From assembly GCA_964441265.1 (NCBI GenBank), contig CAYYKJ010000003.1:96579-160578 (forward strand): a stretch of DNA of 64,000 bases. Direction: 5' to 3'. The notes below the pieces were generated by a model. The model saw only the letters and a list, made by a program, of their open reading frames with translations, had not been told where the DNA came from and searched no databases. The translations under genes were made by a program, and so were the position numbers. Below, one piece after another: positions 47,181 through 57,600 of this stretch. This stretch comes from an uncultured archaeon (GTDB lineage: Archaea; Aenigmatarchaeota; Aenigmatarchaeia; QMZP01; QMZT01). Every line of letters begins with the position of its first letter. Within the stretch, counting starts at the first letter, position 1.

Positions 47181-50100
47181 TTATCCGATTTTTTTGAGGG
47201 AATTCTCCAGGGACTTGATTTTCTTCTGGTTCCTGCTCTTCAGGTCGTTGTACGCCTTCTCGGATATGATTCCCTCCTCATGCTCCTTCTCCACAAGATT
47301 CAGGACCTTCTGGGCCTTCTCCTTTTCCTTGAGAATGGATTCCTTCTCCTCTATCTTCTCGGAGGTCACGGTCTTGGGCTTGGGAGTCCCGGAGGCCTGC
47401 AGCTTGAAGAGCTCTTCCGCCGCCTTCTTCATTTTCTTGGCGAAGAAGAACAGGAAGACCACTGCACAGATCAGGACGGTAAGCAGTATTATCAGCCAGG
47501 GAGGGAAGCTTGTCACCAGCAATATTTCCACGAATGGCGCCTCGGAAAGAAGGTTCCTTGCCCTGTCGATGAACTTCCATCCCACGAACACCGCCTCCAG
47601 GGAATCGTCGTATCTTTTCTCGGAAAGATACCTTTCAGCATCTCTTATGGAATTCCTTATGTTGTCCAGAAGGGGCTCGATCTCCGAAACATCCTTTCCC
47701 ATCTTTTTGGCGCTTCCCACATCGACCTCCAGTTCCTGGAGCGCCTTCTTGAGCCTCTCTATCTCCCATTCTATGAGTTCTTCCCTGGAGCCGAAAACGG
47801 TTATTGAAACAGTCTTCTCGTCGCTGGTCTGGTTGGGTGCATAGGCGATGAGGCTTCCTATGTATTCCTTTGCCTCGGTGGAAACGGGCATGGAAAGCTT
47901 CACTGAGAATGTTGCCTCCTCCCCCTTCCTTATCTCATCCACTTTTTCGGGGGTGATCTCGAACCATGGAGAGGGGAACCTCCTGAATTTGAGGGTGACG
48001 TTGTAAACCGTGACGTTACCCGTGTTCTTCACGGTCACGGTGGGGTACTTGGTCTGTCCGGACTCTATCCCTATCTCCTGGGGGAATTGTGTGATTTCTA
48101 TCTGGGGCTCTCCCACCGCGACCTCTCCCGGAGCTGCCGGCGGGGCCGAAGGACCAGATGGTCCGCCCGGGGCAGGAGGAGCCGGAGGCGGTTCGGGAGC
48201 GCACTCGACTACGGAGAAGCTCGTGTTCGCCGTGGAGTAAAGGCTGTTGTTCTGGTCATAGGTTAGCTTGACGTTGAGCGCGTATTGCCCGACGGGCTGG
48301 TAAGAGGTGATGGGAAGGCTTTCCGTCAGGTTCTCTGTGTCTCCGCCCTCCACCTTCTCAGAGACGGAACTGTAGGACCATGTCTTGTTGCCGTCTGATA
48401 TCCAGAACTCCACCAGGTTCTCAGTAGCCACCTCCCCCTCGTTGGTAATGGTTATGACGAAATCCACCATGTCCGCCTGGCACACCTCGTATTCAAGCAT
48501 GTCGACGCTAACGTGATAGGGACCTCCGGAGACGATGCGGAAGGCCTTCATGTCCCATGATTCCTCGTCATTGTATTCGGTCCTCATAACGGCGAGATAA
48601 GGCCCCGTGGCCACGCTCTCCCCCAGGAACTCGCTGTACGACCAGAAGCCGGGATTGGAGCTGCTCATGTTGTCGATGGTGAGCTCCCTCCATATCTGGG
48701 GGCTGTAACCGGAGGTGTAATATATGGTCGTGTCGATCTCGTCGGGGTCAGTGTAGTTCCCGTGGTCCAGTACTATGGCGCTTATGGTCATGAACCCTCC
48801 CCTAGCCGTCATGTCCTGGACGTCGATCTTTCCGGTCAACTCCGTGTCTCCCTTCACCCGGAAATGGCTGACCGTGGAATTGTATATGGTGTCGTTTATG
48901 TATCCGTCCATGTAGGAGGAATTCTTGGTCACAGTGTAATTGCCCTCGGCTGCATCCGATGGTATGAGCATCATGATTCCGCCCTGCCCGTTGGAGCCCG
49001 TGGTCACGGAATTGCCTGTCCACATGTAATGGCTCACGTCATTCCCTTCCGGATCCTCCAGCGTGACGTTCACTTTGGTCCCCCCGAGCGGGTATCCGAA
49101 ATATTCATGACTGTACAACTGGATAGAACCTATGTCACCCTGATAATAATCCCCCACTGAGACATCAGTAAACAGCTTGTTGTGCACAATGAATTCGTCG
49201 CTGACCGTCCTTTCCCTGTCCTCGTTGTCCACAGCATGAAGAGCGACTTCATAGCTCCCCGTCACCGTCGTGTTTCCCCATGTACCGTGGTTTATGTCAT
49301 TCGGGTATTCCAGCTGATAGAAGAACACGTATTTCGAGTTGTTGATCGTGAAGCCCATATAATTCATGTCCCTCTGGAGGGTTATGTTCTCCGGGGTCGT
49401 CACGTTGACGTACATCGTCTTCACCCCGACCATGGAATGGTCTGTGACGTTGGCGAGTATCAAGATGTCCCCGGTCTGCTCTGTCTGGTTGGGGATTATG
49501 GCATAGGAAATGTCGGGCTTCACGAAGGGATTGAGAACCGCCTGGAGTGTCCTCGAGGAGGGATCGGATTCCGGCTGTTCCCCGGATACAGTATAGTTCG
49601 TGTAATAAAAGACCAGCGGAGCGCCGGTGGCGTTATAGTTCAGTGCGAATGCGTAGGAGGAAAGGTTCTTGACCTCGAAATCCGTGACGTTGGTCCAGGT
49701 GTAATTGGCCATGTTATCCGGGTCGGTGTTCGGGTCTATGGTGAAGTTTATGGGAACGTTTCCCGTGTTGTTTATGGTCACGTTGCACATGTTCCCTGCC
49801 GGGGGGGTCATGACCTTTTCGCAATACGAGGGGGTCATCGTCCATGTTCTCGTATTCGACACCATTATGGTCAGATTGATTTCATGGTAGCCCGCATTGT
49901 TGCTGGTCACGTTGACGACACCGCTATGAATTCCGGGCTGATAGCCGAGGGGCACATCCACGTTTATATCAACCCCCCTCGTTTCCCCCGGGTTCAATGT
50001 GTCCACGCCGGGCGCATCGAACGTGACGTTTAAATCATCCGTGATGTTCGCGACGCTGAACGTGATGTTGTAGACGTAATAGTTTCCGGTGTTGTTCAGT

Positions 50101-53096
50101 ATGAAGAAGTCCAAGTAGTTCTCCTGTCCGTGGGTGACGTTGCCGCTCACAGAGTCCTGCATGACATTGTAAACGGGTCTGGAAGTGACGTTTATGTAAA
50201 TCTGGCTCATGTTCGACCCGATTCCTTCTCCCGGGTCGGTCCAGTAAGAGGTCACGTTGACGTAATAGTCCCCGGGCGGGGTCCCCTCCTCGACTATTAT
50301 CTCAAAAGGCACCGAGCAGTTAGAGCCCTTTGTCACGTTGCCGCAGTCATGATAACTGGTGTTAGCGGTTATGTTGGTGGAGGAATAGCTCAGCGTTATG
50401 TTGGAAGAATATGCGGTCACGTTTCCGAGATTCTCTGTAATCACGTACAGGGAAAAGTTCTGGTCATCATAGTAAGAAATTTCATCTGCCGTGAAATTAT
50501 TATCGCTCAGGTTTATGCTCATGTTCGTTCCTGAGACCACCACGGTCAGGTTTATTGTCCTGTAACCGTCATTCCCCGAAGTCACGTTGATGATTCCGTC
50601 ATAGAAGCCGGGTGAATGCCCGGCCGTGACATTGGAGAGGATCCTCACTTCGTATCCGTCCCCCTCGTCTATCGAAGGTATATCGACCGGGTCGAATTCA
50701 AAGGTGAAGTTGGAGCCGAATCCGGATATGGTGTAATTGATATCAGTCAGGGGGGCGTTACCGCTCGCATATACGGTGAAGTTGTTTGAATTGGCGAGTG
50801 GCTTACCTCTCCCGATCATTCCGGTGAGATCGTATCTTGAAAGCGAAAGCGTGACGTTGGGATTGACGGTAACGTTGAGGATTGTGCCGTTAGTGTCCGT
50901 GGTCGAATCGTAATTCACCCAGTCCACGGAAATGTTTATTGAATAATTTCCTGCAGGCGTCCCCCCGAGCGCCGTTATGGTGAAATTCTTCTCGCAGTGG
51001 GTCGATATCGGCACGTCCCCGCATGACTTGTTCTGGGAATCCGCAGTAAAGTTGTTTCCGGGAAATCCCAGTGAAATGTTAACGTCAAAAGCGCTCCCGT
51101 TCATCAGGTTTGTGGCATTCACCGTTATGTTGAAGCTCTCGTTGTCCTCCCAGGTCACCTTTGTTACTGTGTAGTTATCGGGATCGGATGTCAGGGATAT
51201 GTAGGTATATGGGGATTCGCAGGTGAACTGGTCCGTGCCCCATCCGGTGTTGTTGTTCTTGGAGGCGCTGCAGTTCAGTGTGTAGGAAGAAGCGTTCGGG
51301 GGGGCGGTGAAATTAACGCCGTAGGTGCCGTCCCCGTTATCATGTATGGTTATGTCGTCCACATGGGGGGAATTCACCGAGCAGTTTACGGTGGCCCCGG
51401 GTATGGGGATATCCTTTCTGTAGTTCTTCACTTCGACCGTGGCGTTGACGAGCCTGTTGGTGAGTCCGTATTCATTCAAAACCGTCGTGTTGACGTAATA
51501 TTCGTCAGTAACCTGTATCGTGAATACCTCTTCGTTGAGAGTCAGCCAGTTGTCGTCATAAGACGTTATGGTTATGTTCCACGGACCGGCGGTATCGTAA
51601 TTCGAGAGGTTGAAGTAATTCGTATACATATGGTCTCCCGACTGGTTGTCGTAATGGGTTCCGTCATCATGCATGATCATCTCAAGGTCATCACCGGTAC
51701 CGGGAGTTCCCCTGTCTACCGTGGCGTTGACCTTTTTAGTGAGATTGTACGGATCGGAGGTGATATTCCCGGCTATTATCACCGTTTCGTTCCTGTTGAA
51801 GTATGTCACGTTGGTCCCGTTGAAATAGGCCCTTCCGTCTATCTGGACCGTGATCCTCTCGGTCTCGAGCATGGTTATGTTCAAGGGATTCACGAGCCTG
51901 TTACTCAGGTCCTTGACGAAATTCTCGTCACCCTGGGTGTCGTTGAACCTCAGAACGGACTTCTCATATATATAACCCCCGGGAGTCACGTTCACCGGAT
52001 CGAGGGCGATTCCTATCCTGTCGGCGGAGGGGAAGTTCCCCGCGTAGAAATCCGGGATGCTTTCGTTGACGTTTATTATCCCGAAATCCCATGAGGCGAA
52101 GGACTCGGCAGCCCATGCCCACGAGCCGGGGTCGGTGGAATTCCCGTTGTTAAGGTATCCTCCCCCCAGCGCCCTGTAGGCATCCAGTATCACAGCGCCG
52201 GGTCCGGGAGATTCCCTGGTTATGTTACTGCCGCCCATGTTGGTGAAATTCTGCTCCAGCTTCAGCCAGGAAAGGTTTGAATAAAAGGTGTATCTCTTTT
52301 TCATCCTCCCCTCACCGGTCTGGTTGTCCGGGTCGTTCCAGTAGGTCTCGTTTCCCTCCTGTTCCACCACTATCCTTATCGGTCCCTCATACAGCACGGT
52401 GAAGTTGTCCCTGAAGTCGAAGGAGAGATTGTTTGTGCCGTCCGAATACATTACGTATTCTATGGTCCTCTCCCCGGATCCGGGAACTCCGAATATGTCG
52501 TTGTAGGCGGGGGGGCTGGCTCCCTGAACCCTGTAAAGGCCGGACGTGTTTTCTCCCCTCTGGGTGTCCACATAATATCTCATAAGGGAGTTGTTGACGT
52601 TGAACTCCTCATGGGAGGTGTAGTTTATTTTCAGATCAGTGGTATAACTGGCGGCATCCTTGGGCCCGTTGTCCGTGACATCGAAGTAGACGAAATAATA
52701 TCTTTTTTCGTCCGCAGCAGTCGAACCGTTCATCAGGAACACGATCGTCCCCACAGCATTTCCGGAGGAATTGAAACCTTCGCCTTCATCGAACTGGAAC
52801 GGTACCTCCTGAATGGCCGTGCCTCCTGACCCGTATTCTATGACCATGGTGCTGTTTATGTCGAATTCGCCGGTATCGTTGAAATCCTCCAGAAGGGAGG
52901 TGAAATTGAGACGGTACTCAGCCGGCCAGTTTAGTCTGTCGTATCCGGTGGAATTTATTTCCAGACCGACCCTGTAGGTCCATTCGGTGTCCCACCAACC
53001 GAAACTCCCCTGCTGGGAGAGGGAAGAGGAAAAAAGATATACACTGATGACTGATAATACCAATATCATCATCAAAAAATCCTTTCTCAGCACCAT
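47181..53096 (-). CDS. Giant surface protein (1971 aa): DUF2341-like N-terminus, many Ig/CARDB/NEW3-like domains, TM, SHOCT-like cytoplasmic tail
   Basis: Signal peptide, WWDTEWTYR, DDGTHYD...GD..Y motif, dense N-x-S/T, Pro linker, TM, GIISEKAY. Confidence 0.85.
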   Translation of the reverse strand: MVLRKDFLMMILVLSVISVYLFSSSLSQQGSFGWWDTEWTYRVGLEINSTGYDRLNWPAEYRLNFTSLLEDFNDTGEFDINSTMVIEYGSGGTAIQEVPFQFDEGEGFNSSGNAVGTIVFLMNGSTAADEKRYYFVYFDVTDNGPKDAASYTTDLKINYTSHEEFNVNNSLMRYYVDTQRGENTSGLYRVQGASPPAYNDIFGVPGSGERTIEYVMYSDGTNNLSFDFRDNFTVLYEGPIRIVVEQEGNETYWNDPDNQTGEGRMKKRYTFYSNLSWLKLEQNFTNMGGSNITRESPGPGAVILDAYRALGGGYLNNGNSTDPGSWAWAAESFASWDFGIINVNESIPDFYAGNFPSADRIGIALDPVNVTPGGYIYEKSVLRFNDTQGDENFVKDLSNRLVNPLNITMLETERITVQIDGRAYFNGTNVTYFNRNETVIIAGNITSDPYNLTKKVNATVDRGTPGTGDDLEMIMHDDGTHYDNQSGDHMYTNYFNLSNYDTAGPWNITITSYDDNWLTLNEEVFTIQVTDEYYVNTTVLNEYGLTNRLVNATVEVKNYRKDIPIPGATVNCSVNSPHVDDITIHDNGDGTYGVNFTAPPNASSYTLNCSASKNNNTGWGTDQFTCESPYTYISLTSDPDNYTVTKVTWEDNESFNITVNATNLMNGSAFDVNISLGFPGNNFTADSQNKSCGDVPISTHCEKNFTITALGGTPAGNYSINISVDWVNYDSTTDTNGTILNVTVNPNVTLSLSRYDLTGMIGRGKPLANSNNFTVYASGNAPLTDINYTISGFGSNFTFEFDPVDIPSIDEGDGYEVRILSNVTAGHSPGFYDGIINVTSGNDGYRTINLTVVVSGTNMSINLSDNNFTADEISYYDDQNFSLYVITENLGNVTAYSSNITLSYSSTNITANTSYHDCGNVTKGSNCSVPFEIIVEEGTPPGDYYVNVTSYWTDPGEGIGSNMSQIYINVTSRPVYNVMQDSVSGNVTHGQENYLDFFILNNTGNYYVYNITFSVANITDDLNVTFDAPGVDTLNPGETRGVDINVDVPLGYQPGIHSGVVNVTSNNAGYHEINLTIMVSNTRTWTMTPSYCEKVMTPPAGNMCNVTINNTGNVPINFTIDPNTDPDNMANYTWTNVTDFEVKNLSSYAFALNYNATGAPLVFYYTNYTVSGEQPESDPSSRTLQAVLNPFVKPDISYAIIPNQTEQTGDILILANVTDHSMVGVKTMYVNVTTPENITLQRDMNYMGFTINNSKYVFFYQLEYPNDINHGTWGNTTVTGSYEVALHAVDNEDRERTVSDEFIVHNKLFTDVSVGDYYQGDIGSIQLYSHEYFGYPLGGTKVNVTLEDPEGNDVSHYMWTGNSVTTGSNGQGGIMMLIPSDAAEGNYTVTKNSSYMDGYINDTIYNSTVSHFRVKGDTELTGKIDVQDMTARGGFMTISAIVLDHGNYTDPDEIDTTIYYTSGYSPQIWRELTIDNMSSSNPGFWSYSEFLGESVATGPYLAVMRTEYNDEESWDMKAFRIVSGGPYHVSVDMLEYEVCQADMVDFVITITNEGEVATENLVEFWISDGNKTWSYSSVSEKVEGGDTENLTESLPITSYQPVGQYALNVKLTYDQNNSLYSTANTSFSVVECAPEPPPAPPAPGGPSGPSAPPAAPGEVAVGEPQIEITQFPQEIGIESGQTKYPTVTVKNTGNVTVYNVTLKFRRFPSPWFEITPEKVDEIRKGEEATFSVKLSMPVSTEAKEYIGSLIAYAPNQTSDEKTVSITVFGSREELIEWEIERLKKALQELEVDVGSAKKMGKDVSEIEPLLDNIRNSIRDAERYLSEKRYDDSLEAVFVGWKFIDRARNLLSEAPFVEILLVTSFPPWLIILLTVLICAVVFLFFFAKKMKKAAEELFKLQASGTPKPKTVTSEKIEEKESILKEKEKAQKVLNLVEKEHEEGIISEKAYNDLKSRNQKKIKSLENSLKKIG

Positions 53097-53097
53097 A

Positions 53098-54603
53098 TCA
53101 TCCTTTTTTTGACATTATCTTCTTTGCCTTCTCGTAAGCCCTCTTGGAAATAAGGCCCTTCTTGTAAGCCTTCTCCAGTCCCTTCAGAGAACCGTGTTTT
53201 TTTGCAGCTTCTTCAGGGGCCTTTTCAGAAGGCGCGGCCTTTTTCTCCGGGGATGGCCTGCCAGACCCCGAGGAAAGACTGCTTATCTTCTCGTCAATCT
53301 CCCTGAGCTTGGCCATGTTTATCTTCTTGGTTTTCTCGTATTCCTTCTTGGGTATTACCGCGGACTTATAGCCCTCCTCCAGCGACTTCAGAAGGCTCTC
53401 TATCTCTGATTTCTCGTTCTTCAGCTTCTCCATCTCGGAGCCCCCGCCCTCCGCGGCGGCGGGCGCGGAAACCTTGACCGCCTCCAGGTCCTCCTTGGTG
53501 GCGAAATTCTCGAGCTTCTTGTTCATCTCATCCACGCTGGTGGTGAGGGAATCTACCATGGACTCGTACCTGTCCTGCTTCCTCTTGTAGATGTCGAACT
53601 CCTCCATCTTCCCGGACATGTCCGCGTAGAGGCCGTGTATCTTGTCGGAAAGCTTCTGTATGTTGGTCTGGACGTTCTTCATCTCCATGAGCTTTTCCGT
53701 GCTCTCCTTGCCCATGTTTACCATGTTCTCCAGACTCCCTATGTTGGTTATGACGTTCCTGAGGCGCTTTAGTATCTCGTCTATGCTCTGGAGCTTGCCC
53801 TCTAGCTTGTCTATCTTGATGGACTGGCTGGATATCTCCTTGTCCTTTTTTCCCATCTCGCTGATTATCTTCTCCGGCTCTATCTGGGAGACCACGTCTG
53901 ACATCTTCTGTATCTTGGTTTCGTAATTCTTCATCATGGTCTCTCTCTGGAATATTATTGATCTCAGCTCGGCTATGTTCTCCATGGCCCTCTGCACCTT
54001 TTCGCTGTCCACCTTCCTCATCTCCTTCACGCTCTCAACCGCCGCTTTCATCTTCTCCATGTCTATGTTGAACCTCTCCAGCTTCTTCTTTATCTCGTCC
54101 GCGTCCTTCTCCCCTATCTTGGCGCTCAGGTCGGAAACCACCTCCTTGAACCGGTTGGTCATGTCCGTTTCTATCTTCCCCACGTCGATAGCCGGTTCCT
54201 TCTTCTCCGGCGATCTTTCCGGGGTCCTCGGCACCGGAGCAGGTGCGGCAGAAGCAGCGGATGCCGGGGCCGGTTTATTTCCGGCGGCCGCCGGAGGCGG
54301 CTCGGAGGCGCCCTTCTTGACGTCCTTTATGGCCTTCTTCCTCTCCTCGGCGATCCTCTTTTCCCTCTCCTTCTGGATGGACTTTATCCTCCTGTTTATC
54401 TGATCGAGCTTGGCCGTGTTCTTGTTCTTTATGTCCTTGTAGTCGTCCTCCAGTATGGTGGCCTCATAATAAGCGTCCTCCAGAGAAGAGAGGAGTGTCT
54501 CTATTTCTTCTTTCTCGCGCTTCAGCTCCTCCAGCTCATCCGAGCCCTTCGGAGCTTCCTTTTCTTTCTTCTCCTTTTCCTTCACCCCTTTCTCCCCCGC
54601 CAT
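53098..54603 (-). CDS. Cytoplasmic coiled-coil protein with three SHOCT-like hairpins (501 aa)
   Basis: LEDAYYEATILEDDY / LEEGYKSAVIPKKEY / LEKAYKKGLISKRAY; Pro/Ala linkers. Confidence 0.8.
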   Translation of the reverse strand: MAGEKGVKEKEKKEKEAPKGSDELEELKREKEEIETLLSSLEDAYYEATILEDDYKDIKNKNTAKLDQINRRIKSIQKEREKRIAEERKKAIKDVKKGASEPPPAAAGNKPAPASAASAAPAPVPRTPERSPEKKEPAIDVGKIETDMTNRFKEVVSDLSAKIGEKDADEIKKKLERFNIDMEKMKAAVESVKEMRKVDSEKVQRAMENIAELRSIIFQRETMMKNYETKIQKMSDVVSQIEPEKIISEMGKKDKEISSQSIKIDKLEGKLQSIDEILKRLRNVITNIGSLENMVNMGKESTEKLMEMKNVQTNIQKLSDKIHGLYADMSGKMEEFDIYKRKQDRYESMVDSLTTSVDEMNKKLENFATKEDLEAVKVSAPAAAEGGGSEMEKLKNEKSEIESLLKSLEEGYKSAVIPKKEYEKTKKINMAKLREIDEKISSLSSGSGRPSPEKKAAPSEKAPEEAAKKHGSLKGLEKAYKKGLISKRAYEKAKKIMSKKG

Positions 54604-54655
54604 ATTGATAATTGTTTCCTCGTTTTTTTATATCCCGCCTTTCCGGTCTCCGGAA

Positions 54656-57600
54656 TCACATGTTGAGGCGGTTCTTCAGCGATTCTATGTAGCTCTTGGC
54701 CATGTCGAACTGGCCGGCCTTCATCTTGTCCCTGGCCAGGTTGAACTCAAGCTCTATGTCAGTGGTGTCCACGTTCTTGGCCTTCATGCCCTCGATCATC
54801 TTCTCTATCTTCTCCACGTCCTCATTCACCTCCACGTAGTTCTTTATCTCCTTGTCCGTCAGCCTTCCGGTGTCGTGGAGAAGCGGCCTGAGCGAAACGA
54901 AATATGGCTTACCCTCGTTGTATGCCGGGTTCTGCATGAGTGCGGTCCCCGTGGTCATCTTGACCACCTTGGATGCGTAGTCAGTCCCGTACTTCTTCTT
55001 CACCCTTCCTATGTCGCCCTCGTATTTGGTCCTCAGCTGTATCTCGGTCGCTATGTTCGCCCTTATAGCTCCCCTGAAGTCCATGAGCACCTGGGATATC
55101 ATGAACACGCCTATGCCCCACTTACGGAACTCCCTGCAGGCACGCTCCAGAGCCACATAACCGCCCTTGCCTCCGTATTTGGGAAGCAGGCGGTGGACCT
55201 CGTCGTACACCAGAAGGAGCTTTATTTCCTTCTCCTCCGGAAGCGATGCCTTGAATACGGAGGACACGGTCTTTCTCACGAACTTGTCTATCTCGGTCGG
55301 CTCCATTTTGTTCATCACGAAAACGGTTATCTCACCGGGTTTCCTGTACTTCTGTATGTCCACCTCCATCTTTGGGTCGGTCACCAGCAGTATGTTGGTC
55401 TTGAAGTTCCTTGCATCGTCCGGCTTGATGCCGAATTTCGGATAGAGTTCGAACATGCGCTTGTCCTGGCACCTCTTTATGAAGCCGGTCCACTGGGCGG
55501 TGGGGTCGAAAACTATTATGGGTATCTTCCTCTTCAGGAGCTCCTCTGCAATGACCATTGCTGAAACGGACTTGCCCGCTCCCGTCGCTCCCGCTGCCAG
55601 CGAATGCATCATGAGGGCTCTCGTGTCGAAGTAGGCGGTCACGTCCGTCTCGGCTATCTTTCCTATGGGTATGGTGTGAGTTCCCTTCTGGGGAAGCTTC
55701 TTCATGTCCAGCGGGAAGACATACTTGGTCTTCTTCTTTTTCTTGAGTTTGTACATTATCCAGAATCTCCTGCCCAGGTATATCGCGGGTATGGCCAGGA
55801 ACGCTACTGCATACGTTATCCAGCTCATGAACACCATCCTGAGCAGGCGGACCGGAGCGGGAACCATGAGTATGTCGAACGAATCCACCGCATAGGCCGA
55901 CTTCTTCCCGTACCAGTAGCTCACGTTTACCTCCACCACGTACCTGTCCTGAGGGGCATCCTCGGGGATGAATATCTTCTTGGTGAAGGATTTGACGCTT
56001 TCCACAGCGAGCGTCTCCTTGTTCCTCACTATGAGGACGTCGTTCTCCAGCCCGCGGACCTCGTAATTCACCACTATGTCCTCCACCGTCGCTGTCGGCC
56101 CCATGTTGAGTAGCGTCACCTCAAACTTCAGGTTCCCTCCCGGCTCCACCGATTTGGTTAGCGTCTTGACGTTGACGTCGAGAAGCGGCTCCTCGGGCTT
56201 CTCTATTTTTATGGTGACCGGGGTGACGTGAGTGATGTTCCTGTCCTTGACCTTCATGACTATGTCCCCGGTATATATGCCCTCCTGGGTGGTGGGAAGT
56301 GTGTAAAGCTTCACCTTTACGACATGGGTCGATTTCCCCTCCACGGTGAACACCGGCTTCTCTATCTGCACCAGCTCCCAGACGTTCCCGGTGACACTGG
56401 AAGTGACCTCCATGTCCTGCCCGAGGTTGTTGGTGATGTCGATGGAATGTATCTCATGCTCCCCCGGCTTGAGCGTGACGAATATGAGAGTCGAATCTAT
56501 GTCAACGGGAACCCTCGCGCCGGCTCCGGTAGGCGGTGCGATGGCCGCACCCGCGCCTGCCCCTGCCCCTGCACCGGCTCCTGGGGCGGCTCCTTCGCCT
56601 CCGCCCTCCTCCTCTTCCTCTTCCCCGGGTCCGGTCGGGCAGTCCTGGGGACAGTTAGCGTTGGATTCACCGTAATCAGTATCGCATCTCCCGTCGCCGC
56701 ATATGAACTGGGCCAGTATGTATACACCGTCAAGATCGGTGGTGTTGTATGTCAGGGTCGAATCCGTGGTGTTTATGAGGATTTCGCTGGCATCCGTCCT
56801 GTTCCAGGTGTCGTTGCACACGTTCAGAAGTTGGATCGAATCGTTGACTGACCAGTCTATCTTGCAGTTATATATTCCGAGCGTCGTGACCGAGGTGTCG
56901 GGATACGCGGAATAATCAAGCACCATCTTCCCCATAGAATAGTTGAATTTGTTGTTGACCGCGAACCCTCTAAGAGCGCCGGGCCCCAGGTACTGGGTCG
57001 GGAGGTTCCCGAAGAGAATGGGATTGTACATGTCACTGAAGAGCGCCGAGTCCAGCAGGTATATAGTCTCGTTCCACACGTTCATCCGAATATCGTAGTA
57101 TCTCGCATCGATGGTCTCGTTGTACGTCCCGTCGGTGGAATTCGTGCTTATGTTGAAAAACAGAGGGCCCGTCTCCAAGTCCCCGTAGAGCAGGAAGTTC
57201 ATGTCCACAACGTCGTCCGTCACCGGGGCGATGTCTATGCTCTCTCCTGCCAATATAACCGCGGGATATATCTCGAACGTCTTGTTGGAGGAATTGCAGT
57301 TTCCGCTCTTGTCGCAGGCGGTTACGTTCACCATGTACATGCCCGACTCGGAGGTGTTGGTGTAATTGAAACCGAAGACATAAAGATCATCCGTCTTCAA
57401 GATGAACGTCATGTTCGCGCTGGTGCTGTGATTGGAGGGTGTGGTTATGGTCACGCTCGCGTTCTCCGCTCCCCCGGGATCGGTTACGTTGGCCCTTATC
57501 CTGGCGGTGTCGTTCACCGGTACCCTGTCGTCCATGTCTATCACGACATCCGGCGGGGTCTCGTCTATGTATATGACCGCCTTCTCTTCGGTGTCGGCGA

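Noticed and set aside
54656-55700. ATPase as the canonical HerA of the NurA-Mre11-Rad50 repair system, or as the missing pilus ATPase
   Set aside because: No nurA, mre11 or rad50 nearby and it is fused to an ectodomain; its motifs are HerA/FtsK type, not VirB11/TadA type.
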